This document shows, one piece after another, positions 36,087 to 47,299 of a DNA stretch of 64,000 bases. The position numbers were made by a program, and so were the translations under genes. Origin of the DNA: Anthoceros angustus (taxonomy: Eukaryota; Plantae; Anthocerotophyta); contig VJWM01000016.1 in the NCBI GenBank assembly GCA_010909165.1, positions 124,001 through 188,000 of the forward strand, given 5' to 3'. Under the pieces are notes generated by a model. It was not told where the DNA came from, did no database searches, and worked only from the letters and a program-made list of their open reading frames with translations. Each line of letters opens with the position of its first letter. Position 1 is the first letter of the stretch.

Positions 36087-39000
36087 CTACTTATTCAGAA
36101 CGTGCTTCTCGTAAGCCTCAACAAAGTCCTTCTTGGGAGCATTGCGAAGGGCGAGCACCTGATCTCCAAATCCGGCTTCAGTGAGAGCTTGCTTCAGCTT
36201 GGAGATGGTCATTTTTTTGTACAGACTGACCTCTCTGTAGTCGTTCGAGCAGTTGTCCTCCTCATGCTTCACCCATGAGTCCCCATCTCCGGTGGTGTGC
36301 ATGAGACTGTTACCACTATCCATGTTGTGCTCACTCTTGGCCCTCTTCCGTATGGGAGTAACCACATCCACCTCCATGTCTTCAGCAGGTGGGACATCCT
36401 CAGCCCTCTGCCGCTTGCCATGCGATGCAGACGCAATTCCACCAACTCCACTCGCCGGCTCAGTATGATAGGTGGACCTAGACCTGAGCTCGGACTCATT
36501 CAAGCGGGTCTGAGCGAGCTCCTGCTGCAACATATCCAGCTTCCCCTGCACGTTCTGAAGCTGCAAAGACAGAGACTCTGCTCTCGTGTTAGCCTCCGCT
36601 CGGGCAAGTCTCTCGCTAGCCAGCAGCCCCTCCAGCACTCCCACCGTGTTCGCCCTCTGCTCATGCGTAGACTGCAGCAGCTGCTCCATCTCCCGTTCTC
36701 GTTCCCGTTCCCTCTCCTCTATCCTCCGCTCCAGTGATGTGATCCTAGCCACAGCCTCCCTCTCCGCAAACTTCAACCTATCCACATCCTGCCCCAAACT
36801 GTCCCTCTCCCTCTCCAGATCCTGAGACCTCCTCTCTGCCCTCTCCACGGCAGCCAGGCGCTCCGCAGCCAGCCTCTGCGCCTCCAACTTCTCCCTCTCC
36901 AAAATCGACGCATCCTCCTTGGCCTTCTCCGCCACCTCACCGGCCCTCCGAGACTCCTGCTCCGCCGTGCGATGCCCGTGCTCCGCATCCTCCAACCGCT
37001 TCACAGCCGCCAGCAGCTTCTCCTCCGCCTGCAACTTCCCTTGCCGCAACCCCTCCATCTCCCTCTCCAACCCCAAGGCCGACGTCCTCGCCCCATCCAG
37101 CGTAATCTGCAGCGTCCTGTACTCCGCCTTCAGCGCCTCCAACTCCCCGACATGCGCACTGTCCCTGGCCTCCTGCTCCTTCAACCGAGACGTGAGCTCC
37201 GCAATCCTCCGCTCCCCCGCCTCAACCTTACCCTGCATCTCCCGCACCTCAGCCTCCTTCTGCGTGATGCTGGCAGCGAACTCCCCCCGCAACGTATCCT
37301 CCCGCTGCTGCGCCTGCTTCCCAGCCCTCTCCCGCAGCGAATTCGCCTTCTCCACGGCCACCTTGGCCTCCGCCGCGGCCGTCTCGTGCTTCCGCTTCCA
37401 CTCCGCAGCCTCCTCCTTGGCAGACTCAGCCTGCTCCCTAGCTGCCACCAGCCTGGCCTCCGCCGCAGTGCACTTGCTCTGCAAAGCCCCGACCTCGGAG
37501 CCATACCTCTCATCAAACACCCTCTTCTCCGCGGCAGAGCTCTCGTACTTGCTCCTCCACTCCGCAGCATCCCTCTGCACCGCCTCCAGCTGCTGCGCGA
37601 GACTCACCCCGCGCTCCTCCAGCGCACTGTGCTTCTTCTGCAAAGTAGCATACAACACAGAAGCCTTCTCATTCGAAGTCCTGTAATCCAGCATAGCCGC
37701 CTCGTACCGCCGCTTCCACTCCTGCAAATCCTTCGACGCCGCCTCCGCCTGCCTCTCAGTGTACTGCAACCGATCCTCCAGACTCCGATACTTCAACGCC
37801 AAAGCAGCATAATCCGCGGCAGCCTTGTCCCCGCCCCGCTTCACGAAATCCAACACCGGCCCTCCGAGACTCCTGCTCCGCCGTGCGATGCCCGTGCTCC
37901 GCATCCTCCTTGGCCTTCTCCGCGGCAGAGCTCTCGTACTTGGCCGCCTGTGCGGCCATCGTTTCCACAACCTGCTCAAAAGTAGCCTGCGGAACCTGGC
38001 ACACGGCCCGAAGCCTCTCCTCCATGTCCCCGACAGCCTTCACGCACCTCAGCTCCGCCTCCATGGACACCTTCACCCTGTACTCATGAAACCTCTTCTT
38101 CAGCTCCGCCTGCAGCATCCGCTCGTACTTACTCCTGGTGAGCCCCAGCCCGACGGCATCGCCACTGTAGGCCTCAACCGCCGCCTGCAGCGCCCTGTCA
38201 TGAGCCTCCAGCAGAGCCCCCTCGTCGGCCGCAGCAGGAGCGCCGAAGGTCGCCGCGTAGGCAGCAACGGCGGAGTCGTGCGCCCGCCTGCACTCCGTCT
38301 CCTCCACGCTCTGCCAGGAAGTGGAGATGGTGGGCACCGCCCCGTTGTTGATGGCGTCCAGGAAGGACTGCGTGAGCAGCGCCAGGACGGGGCCCGTCAT
38401 GACGGTGGAGCCGACCTGCTTGGGGCGAGCCCGCTGGAAGATGAACCTGGTGAGGGCGTCCAGCCCGGCCCGGAACTCGGGCCGCATCCGCTCCATGGGG
38501 ATCTGGTCCAGCCGCTGCAGGTCCCGCTCATCATTCAGCGGGCGCACCAGGGTGAAGCAGTCCCGCACCGGGAAGAGGGCGCGGATGGAGTCCCGGATCT
38601 CGTTCTTGGCAGCGATGGCCTTGCCGGAGCCGGGCATGGGCTGGAGGGCGGACTCCAGGTAGTCCCGGGGGGTGATCCTCCGCCCGTCCTCGGTCAGGTC
38701 CAGGTAGAAGTCCCGCAGCAGCCAGAGGAAGAGCGGGGAGAACTGGCCCAGCTCGGCGGCGGAGTCCGGGGCCGAGGAGGCGCGCACCTGGATGTGCTTC
38801 GTCATCTCGGTCACCAGAGACAGGCGGTCCAGGGCGGCCTCGTCGATCCCGCCCATCTGGTTGTACACAAACATGCTGGACAAGAGCACCGCCAGTGAGA
38901 AAATCTGAGTGCTGTACGTACCCGTCTGATCATAAGCATCAATGCCTTCGGTGTCAAGCAGCACGAGGCTATACTCACTTCCGTCCGGCGCGCTTCTTTT

Positions 39001-40848
39001 CAGCGGCGTGCTCCACATCCACCTCCATGTCTTCAGCAGGTGGGACATCCTCAGCCCTCTGCCGCTTGCCATGCGATGCAGACGCAATTCCACCAACTCC
39101 ACTCGCCGGCTCAGTATGATAGGTGGACCTAGACCTGAGCTCGGACTCATTCAAGCAGGTCTGAGCGAGCTCCTGCTGCAACATATCCAGCTTCCCTGCA
39201 CGTTCTGAAGCTGCAAAGACAGAGACTCTGCTCTCGTGTTAGCCTCCGCTCAGGCAAGTCTCTCGCCAGCAGCCCCTCCAGCACTCCCACCGTGTTCGCC
39301 CTCTGCTCATGCGTAGACTGCAGCAGCTGCTCCATCTCCCGTTCTCGTTCCCGTTCCTCTCCTCTATCCTCCGCTCCAGTGATGTGATCCTAGCCACAGC
39401 CTCCCTCTCCGCAAACTTCAACCTATCCACATCCTGCCCCAAACTGTCCCTCTCCTCTCCAGATCCTGAGACCTCCTCTCTGCCTCTCCACGGCAGCCAG
39501 GCGCTCCGCAGCCAGCCTCTGCGCCTCCAACTTCTCCCTCTCCAAAATCGACGCATCCTCCTTGGCCTTCTCCGCCACCTCACCGGCCCTCCGAGACTCC
39601 TGCTCCGCCGTGCGATGCCCGTGCTCCGCATCCTCCAACCGCTTCACAGCCGCCAGCAGCTGGTTCAGGATGAAGTTTGTGATTAAAAGAAGAATTAAAA
39701 TTACAGCTAATCGTCTCTCTCAAACGAATCTTTTAAAACGTGTTGGACGGGAAGAGCACCACCACCAACATACCATGTGCTCGAGCTACTTATTCAGAAC
39801 GTGCTTCTCGTAAGCCTCAACAAAGTCCTTCTTGGGAGCATTGCGAAGGGCGAGCACCTGATCTCCAAATCCGGCTTCAGTGAGAGCTTGCTTCAGCTTG
39901 GAGATGGTCATTTTTTTACAGACTGACCTCTCTGTAGTCGTTCGAGCAGTTGTCCTCCTCATGCTTCACCCATGAGTCCCCATCTCCGGTGGTGTGCATG
40001 AGACTGTTACCACTATCCATGTTGTGCTCACTCTTGGCCCTCTTCCGTATGGGAGTAACCACATCCACCTCCATGTCTTCAGCAGGTGGGACATCCTCAG
40101 CCCTCTGCCGCTTGCCATGCGATGCAGACGCAATTCCACCAACTCCACTCGCCGGCTCAGTATGATAGGTGGACCTAGACCTGAGCTCGGACTCATTCAA
40201 GCAGGTCTGAGCGAGCTCCTGCTGCAACCCCAAGCCCCTGCCCCTGCCCCGGCCCCTGCCCCTGCACTGCCGTACTCGCCTCAGCCTCCGCTCAGGCAAG
40301 TCTCTCGCCAGCAGCCCCTCCAGCACTCCCACCGTGTTCGCCCTCTGCTCATGCGTAGACTGCAGCAGCTGCTCCATCTCCCGTTCTCGTTCCCGTTCCC
40401 TCTCCTCTATCCTCCGCTCCAGTGATGTGATCCTAGCCACAGCCTCCCTCTCCGCAAACTTCAACCTATCCACATCCTGCCCCAAACTGTCCCTCTCCTC
40501 TCCAGATCCTGAGACCTCCTCTCTGCCTCTCCACGGCAGCCAGGCGCTCCGCAGCCAGCCTCTGCGCCTCCAACTTCTCCCTCTCCAAAATCGACGCATC
40601 CTCCTTGGCCTTCTCCGCCACCTCACCGGCCCTCCGAGACTCCTGCTCCGCCGTGCGATGCCCGTGCTCCGCATCCTCCAACCGCTTCACAGCCGCCAGC
40701 AGCTTCTCCTCCGCCTGCAACTTCCCTTGCCGCAACCCCTCCATCTCCTCTCCAACCCCAAGGCCGACGTCCTCGCCCCATCCAGCGTAATCTGCAGCGT
40801 CCTGTACTCCGCCTTGGCCCGGCCCCGAATTCCCAGCATGTGCATCAT
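36087..40848 (-). CDS. GBPL: Plant guanylate-binding-protein-like GTPase (GBPL) with long coiled coil; locus scrambled and partly triplicated
   Basis: GTPase part MWSTPLKR...LLDTEGIDAYDQTGTYSTQIFSLAVLLSS...WLLRDFYLDL (~37945-39020). Coiled coil and C-terminal YKKMTISKLKQAL...YEKHVLNK* (36087-37855). Likely start MMHMLGIRGRAK at 40848. The P-loop segment is missing; 39013-40812 holds two more copies of the 3' part. Confidence 0.88.
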
Positions 40849-41435
40849 CTTGCCTGCCCTGCCGCACGCGGAAGGAAGAAGCACGGAGCGCCAAAACCCA
40901 ACAAACGGCGCCGCTCCTGCTTCCTGGCCCTAACCTTCAAGGCATTCCGATCGCCGCCTCAGACCGAGAGCCCGGGCCTTTCAAATCTTGCACTCCTTGT
41001 CAGGCGGGAGCAGCAGCGCCGTCATCAGTCATGAAGGAGAGGGAAGGAGGAGGGGGAAGAAGCAGCGTCACGTCACCACGTTGTGCCCTTGTCCTCTGCG
41101 CTTCTGCTGCAGTCTTGAGAGAGAGAGGGACAGAGATATGGGTACAGTAATGAATCGAGCCCTAGGCAGCGTGCCTTCACGTTATTTGGCTTAAGAAAGC
41201 GTGTCGACGCTGCTGCCAAGTGGCCATGCCAGTATCATACCATCCAGGTCGGTAGGTAGATGCCAATGGAGACAACCACTTCGAACCACATCCCATTCCT
41301 CAGCGAGCATAACAGCTGGCTACCTGTAACTCTCTCATAAAGGCGCCTCCACAATTGGTCATGAAGCATCCAGGACTCCAGGCCTTTCCCCGTGTTGCGT
41401 GCATGTATGTATGTGTGTAGCAGAGTTCGTACTTC

Positions 41436-43206
41436 TTAGGCCGTGGTGGTCTCGACAGGCAAGTCCAGTCTGTTTCCCCACTCGTTCCAGCTGCCATCGT
41501 AATTTGCTGCCTCGCCCCTGCCTCCGATGCGGTGCCAGGCCAGCAGCACCGAGCATGACGCTACTCCACCGTTGCAGTATGCGATCTGCGAAGGGAGCTT
41601 GTGAGTTGGTGGAAGGGGGGAGGAGAGGGTGGAGGGGAGAGGGGAGAGGGGAGAATGGCACTCACTAGTTTACGGGGGCCTGTTGGATCCAGACCGGCTT
41701 TCAGGAACACTTCTCGTTGTTCTGGTGCAGACTTGAATGTTCCATTGGGGTGCAGCAGTTCCTGCACATAAGCATCTTCGTATGTATGCAGTGGCAAGGT
41801 TCAAGAAAGCTTGGAGGGCAGGATGGGGTGGTTACCCTGCGGGGAATGCTGACTGAGCCTGGTATTTTTCCTCCACGGACAGCCCTTCGTGTTAAACCAC
41901 GGTGCTGATTTGTGTCTCTTGCATCCACTAACACAGGAGCTTCCAAAAGCTGGGTGTTTGGATGAGGAGGTATGGATTGCATCACGTCCTCCCAAGTTGC
42001 CACCAGGGAAGGCCTTGCTGCTGATGCATCGTAGTCTGCGAAGATCTGCCCATGACATGATTCTCTTGTTACTAGATTGCTCTCATTCTCCATGTAGCAA
42101 GAAACCTTTTTCTATAACTGCTTCTTGTTACCTTTAGAGTGCAAGGTTCATAGAGTTCGGTCTCCCGTCCTTCTTCTTCCCACTGAACACAAAAGTGAGA
42201 ATGGCCTCGAGATGAGGAAACCAAGCTTCTTGCACATGAAAGCAGCCAGGAGGGCATCAAAGTAAAACCTCACCTCACCTTTCTGTAGCCTCCATCAAGC
42301 ACTCGCACGTCCGGGTGACCATGCCTGACTAAGGACCACCAAAGTCTCGGAGCAAGGAGTCCATCACCTCGGTCATAAACAACCACAGGCTTGTCTGTCG
42401 ATACTCCCTTCGCTTCCATCTTCACAGATTACATGAAGTAACATCATCATGTTTGCCAAGCTCGCAGGAAACTGTCCGCAGCAGGACGTTTTCAAACCTT
42501 ACCACAGCACTGAACCTTTCACTATCAGTCATGAGCTGCACAGGGATTGCGGAGGACTCCAAACCATCCTTAACCTGAAAAGCAGCGAGGTTTCAAGACG
42601 ACATCATCATGGAGCAGCGGTTCGGGGAATAATTGGAGAGACAAACCCAAAGCTCACCCAGTTGAAAAATACGGCACCAGGGATATGACCTTTCAGGTAC
42701 TCCGTGTAACAATCCAGGTACTTCGATGCCTCAGTCCCATCCTCGGTTCCCTTTGTTGTCTCCACAACTCCTGCCATTGCCACGAATCGTTCCCTCGGTA
42801 AAATTCTCCGGAATTGTCTGCATCAACGGCCATCGGGGGGAGGCAGGTTCCCAACTTACCTCGAATGTCCAGGACGCATGCCTCATTCAAATGCTGGTGG
42901 AGCCAGGCTGTGGACACTACAGGATCCCTGGTCTGACTGGCGGCCTCACAACTGACTGAAAGCATCCTCCCTGCTAACAACGATTCAGCTGCTGCTCGAC
43001 CGTGAAGCTGAGAATTCACTACCAGAAACAACCCACTCACCCACATTGAACTTGCGCGCCCCATGGGCCCCAGTGGGACACAGTAGCCGGGTAGTCGTAA
43101 TTAGCCTGCATGTAGGCACAACTGTTCCGAAGGCACCGAACAAGGAAGGCACAAGAACCTCCATCCCGTGCTGAACCTTGTTAGTCGTTAAACGACACCG
43201 ATTCAT
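41436..43206 (-). CDS. Two-domain rhodanese / sulfurtransferase with probable transit peptide, multi-exon
   Basis: VVSTAWLHQHL..VLDIRG; YLKGHIPGAVFFNW; VVVYDRGDGLLAPRLWW; VRVLDGGYRK|WEEEGR; LVDARD..RGGKIPGSVSIP; IAYCNGGVAS; NYDGSWNEWG..LPVETTTA*. GT-AG introns. Start uncertain (43206, 43164 or 43064). Confidence 0.88.
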
Positions 43207-43240
43207 GAAATAGCTGCTTTCTTATGTCACCACCCTAGCT

Positions 43241-43754
43241 ATGGCTTCGGATCCCGCGCAAGATGCAGCTGTCTCAGCAGCCGAGCAGCTGCAGGACCTA
43301 TTGAAGGACAGCGATGTGGACAGCGTTAAACAGCTGCAGCTGCTCATGTGAGTTCACATCAAATGCACTCCTTGTTTCTTTTTGTTGTCTCATCTTGGAC
43401 TTTACGTGGCAGATTAGGACGATTGCAGGATAGCACAGCTGTGCTGTCTCATTTCAACGACTTCTCGGAACGTAGCTATGCGGCTGTTGTTAACGACTTC
43501 TCCAGGAACACTCGCATGCTGGCATCCATGAAGGCCGACCTGGATCACATCTTCAAGCGGATTAGGTCATTCCTCACTTCCCCTACTTGTGTACGGGCCT
43601 TTCCGTAGAGAAAAGCTTGATTGTCACATTTCCGCGGCTTCGATTCCATAGGCACCTCAAGTCACGCATTGCAAGCCAATTTCCAAATGCTTTCCACTCC
43701 GCCGTGATGGAGCATGTGGATGATACAAGGCCCGATCTCGAGCAGCCTCGGTGA
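43241..43754 (+). CDS. KXD1: KxDL motif-containing protein (BORC/BLOC-1 associated), 3 exons
   Basis: Exons 43241-43347, 43413-43565 and 43652-43754 give MASDPAQDA...LGRLQDSTAVLSHFNDFSE...NTRMLASMKADLDHIFKRIRHLKSRIASQFPNAF...RPDLEQPR*. Confidence 0.9.
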
Positions 43755-44297
43755 CAGACGTTTCGAGCTACAACCTGTACAGATAACTTACGAATGTTGG
43801 TGCTCAACACCGTCATCAATAGCGTCCTTCCTGCAACCACCCCCTGGGCAGCTGCACGGGCACAGGCTATCACTGTCATTACAGAAGGACGCCTGGAACC
43901 CACCTGCCAGTATTGCCGGAGGTGCGTTGAGTGGCAACGAGAAGATGGAAAAATATGGAGGATTGTACGAGACGATAGAAGAGTATGGAGGATTGCGGGC
44001 GAGGCGGTCGGGGTAGAAGAAGATGCTAAGAAAAAAAAATTGTGGAATAAAGCAATCTGTCAACTTATACTTGTGTAGGAAGAAACAGATTACGTACTCT
44101 TTCTTGCAACAGGAAGAAGGCCTCGGTTTCGTACAGTGGGTAGCTTTGTACCACAGAACCCTCCATTTTCCACTGCTAGCGGACATGGTATATGATCAAG
44201 AGCCGCTATGTTAGATTTTCTCTGTTGTAATTGTGAAATGCAGCCTTACGGAGATGACAGGACGACTCCATCTGCGTTCCAAGAACTGGTAGCCTCG

Positions 44298-45832
44298 TCA
44301 CTCTTCGAGGGTGTTGGCAATGTCCACCACGAATCGGTACCGCACATCTTTATTGGCCATCCTTTGCAGCGCAGTGTTGATATCTTGAATAGGTACTGTC
44401 TCGATGAGAGGGAGCACCCCATTTCCTGCCGAGAACTCCAGCATTTCCTGCGTCTCCTTAATCCCACCGACGACGCTGCTGGTGATGGTCTTCCTCCCTG
44501 CATCACCAACTGGCTCAGTGAGGAGCTTGCCCTGCATCAACGCTCAAATAAATGCTGCTCAAAGGTTCTGCACTGCTGGAACTTACCGAGCAGAAGGAGG
44601 ATCGGAGAGAACTTGAGCTCGTCGGGAACGCCTAATATGACAATCACGCCTCCCAGTTTGAGCAGCTTGATGTAATCGTCCAGAGGGTGGACGGTGGGGC
44701 AAGTATCGATGATGAAATCGAGGGTGTTCTGAGCGGCCTAAACCGGGCGACAGAGGGGTAAAGTAAGGAAGCAAGCTTACGGTGTCTCGTCTCGTGTTGG
44801 AGTCCGGGGAGGTGTGGATCAAACCTGCATTTGCTGCGCATCGGAGGAGTTGACGAAGTGGTCTGCCCCGAGGAGGTTGATGGCCTCGTCCTTCTTACCC
44901 TCCGAGGTGCTGAAGACCGTCACCTTTAGGCCGAAGGCCTTCCCGAATTTGACAGCCAGATGGCCCAGCCCTCCGAGAGACACCACTCCCAGGTGCTTCC
45001 CGGGCTGGTTCATGCCGTACCGCATCATGGGGCTGTACACAGTGATGCCCGCGCACAGCAGCGGGGCTGCCGCATCCAGCGGCAGCTTGTCCGGGATCCG
45101 AAGCACGTACCTGGAGCAGCCCCAAAATGAGACACGGGAAGGGTAGGAGAAGACAGGACAGGACAGGACATGGCCCGGCCCCGCGCGGCTCGGCCCGGCT
45201 CCGTGATGAGCTCACCTCTGGTGGGTGACCATCCAGGTGGAGCAGCCGCCCATGGTGATGCTGCCGTCCTGGTCATTCCCGTTGTATGTCAAGACCATGC
45301 CCTTGGCGCAGTAGTTCTCCTGGTGGTTGGCGCAGCTCTCGCAGTTCCGGCAGGAGTTGGCGCAGCATCCGACGCCCACCCTGTCGCCGGGCTTGAGGTG
45401 GCTCACGTTGGCCCCGACCTCCGTCACCAAGCCTGTGACTTCATGTCTGCAGTGCCAGGCAAGGGAATGTGGTGCGGGTGAGCGCACACATAGAGGGGAG
45501 GAGAGCGAGAGGCGGGATTGATTGATTCAGTCTTCACCCTGGCACCATGGGATATCTTGCGTGGTGGTCCTTGTTGAAGATCCAATACAGTTCGCCGTGG
45601 CACAGGCCACAATGCGTGATTTTGAAGGCCACATCGTCCGGTCCGGTGGGCCTGCATAGCACGCTGCCTGTTACTCCTTGCAACACGGGGTATCATGTGC
45701 TAAACAATGAGGGAAATGCGGAAGGCTGGACAACCTGCGATTGAACTTGTAAGGGGACAGATGGCCTGCCTCATCGCGGGCTGCCCACCCCAGGCAATTC
45801 CCACTCCCCTCTCCCGCCGGGGTCTCGCCCAT
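44298..45832 (-). CDS. CAD: Cinnamyl alcohol dehydrogenase family (Zn-dependent MDR, CAD1-like), 6 exons
   Basis: [22 protein letters not shown]; HCGLCH; PMVPG|HE; [15 protein letters not shown].......YC; [16 protein letters not shown]; [10 protein letters not shown]. Canonical GT-AG introns. Confidence 0.93.
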
Positions 45833-46209
45833 GCTCAAATTTTCACTTCACGCTGACAGATTTCCAACAAGACGAAATGGGAAAGCGGAAACGAGCGAAT
45901 TCTCCTGCTCTTGCCATCCCAAGGAATCATGACTTATATATGCGGCCCTGGGCAGTAGCTGCCTACGCACCGTCCCTCCTGCTCCCCTGGAAATGCAGGG
46001 GAAACATCTCGGAACATTCTTCTCCGTCCGCTAATACACAACGTACTGGACACCGATGCTATTTGTTTGGTCTTGGTCTGTTGAAACGCTGTCATCCGTT
46101 GGTGTGCCGATTTTTTTTAATTTAATACTTTGAAAATAAATCAAAACAACCCCGGGAGAGAAATATTCAGCAAGGGTTTTGATTCGCCTATGTTACACAT
46201 CGTATCTAT

Positions 46210-46457
46210 CATCCCAACAGGAAGAGACTATACTCTTCCCAAGGCATCCTCCAGGAAGAGACTACACTCTTCCCAAGGCATCCCAACCTATACTCTTCCC
46301 AAGGCATCCTCCAGGAAGAGACTACACTCTTCCCAAGGCATCCCAACAATAGGAAGAGACTATATTCTTCCCAAGGTCATCTGAATACGTGCCTAGATAC
46401 CATCCCAACAGAAGAGACTATATTCCGAAGGTCATTTGAATACGTGCCTAGATACCA
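46210..46457. repeat. ~33-bp imperfect tandem repeat with internal hairpin GGAAGAG-N6-CTCTTCC
   Basis: About six full or partial units of GGAAGAGACTAyAyTCTTCCCAAGGCATCC. Confidence 0.85.
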
Positions 46458-46472
46458 TTGTGGGACTTGGGA

Positions 46473-46553
46473 AAAACTCCCTCACCCACTAAAACTCCCT
46501 CACCCACTAAAACTCCCTCACCCACTAAAACTCCCTCACCCACTAAAACTCCC
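46473..46553. repeat. 18-bp minisatellite (AAAACTCCCTCACCCACT) x4.5
   Basis: Four perfect units plus a partial one. Confidence 0.95.
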
Positions 46554-47299
46554 CACCGTTCGTGTGCCGATGACGAGGGTTCAGCAACCCCGGCACACGA
46601 ACGAGGATTCAGCAACCCCGTGATAGGCGAGCCCCATACCACACGGCTTGGACCAAGGGCAAATGCCCGTAACGACAAGCACGCGACTCCCTGTGTTAGG
46701 GAAGACTAGCAGTATACGAGTGGTATACAATAAGCTATCTCTGACAATGATCCCAACTCATCCCGGCACTGCGACAAGGCCCCGTTCCTACCCCCCTACC
46801 CCACACCCTCCCGTCCCCCATCCTCTTTCTTTTCGAATACCTATGCGATCCGAAGTTTGTCTTTGACTGCCACAAAGCCTCCAAGACTGCCAACCTGCCA
46901 AATAGCACAGCTAGCTTGGCTCTGCTTGCGTAAAAACGCCCACGCTGTGGACAGCCAGACGGGGCTCGAGGGTGACGGGCGCGGTCAGCAAACGGTCGAG
47001 GGTTATGGACATCCACTTACAGCACTGCAAGCAAAGACCATCAGAAAGGGCACAGAGGGCTCAGCGGCTCATCTTTCCCGTCTATAAGCCGGATTTAAGT
47101 CAAGCACCACACACTGACTAAATGGCTCCAGAGGCTTCAAGACGTTTACTTTGTCTTGAACCTCGACAATGAGAGGCCAGGATTTACCAAGTAGTGCAAC
47201 AGGATGACGAGCTCTATGCAGACTGGCGTGATTCAACTGCTGGTGACGGAAACAAGTGACACTTAGCACCTCCAGCTCAATTTCATGTGGCTAATGGGT

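Noticed and set aside
36919-38898. Long plus-strand ORFs (255-357 aa)
   Set aside because: Antisense shadows of the GC-rich GBPL coding strand.
1703-45832. GPAT plus CAD as a cuticle/phenylpropanoid gene cluster
   Set aside because: About 41 kb apart with unrelated genes between; no other pathway genes.
46210-46457. Palindromic ~33-bp repeats as a CRISPR array
   Set aside because: No unique spacers and no cas genes.
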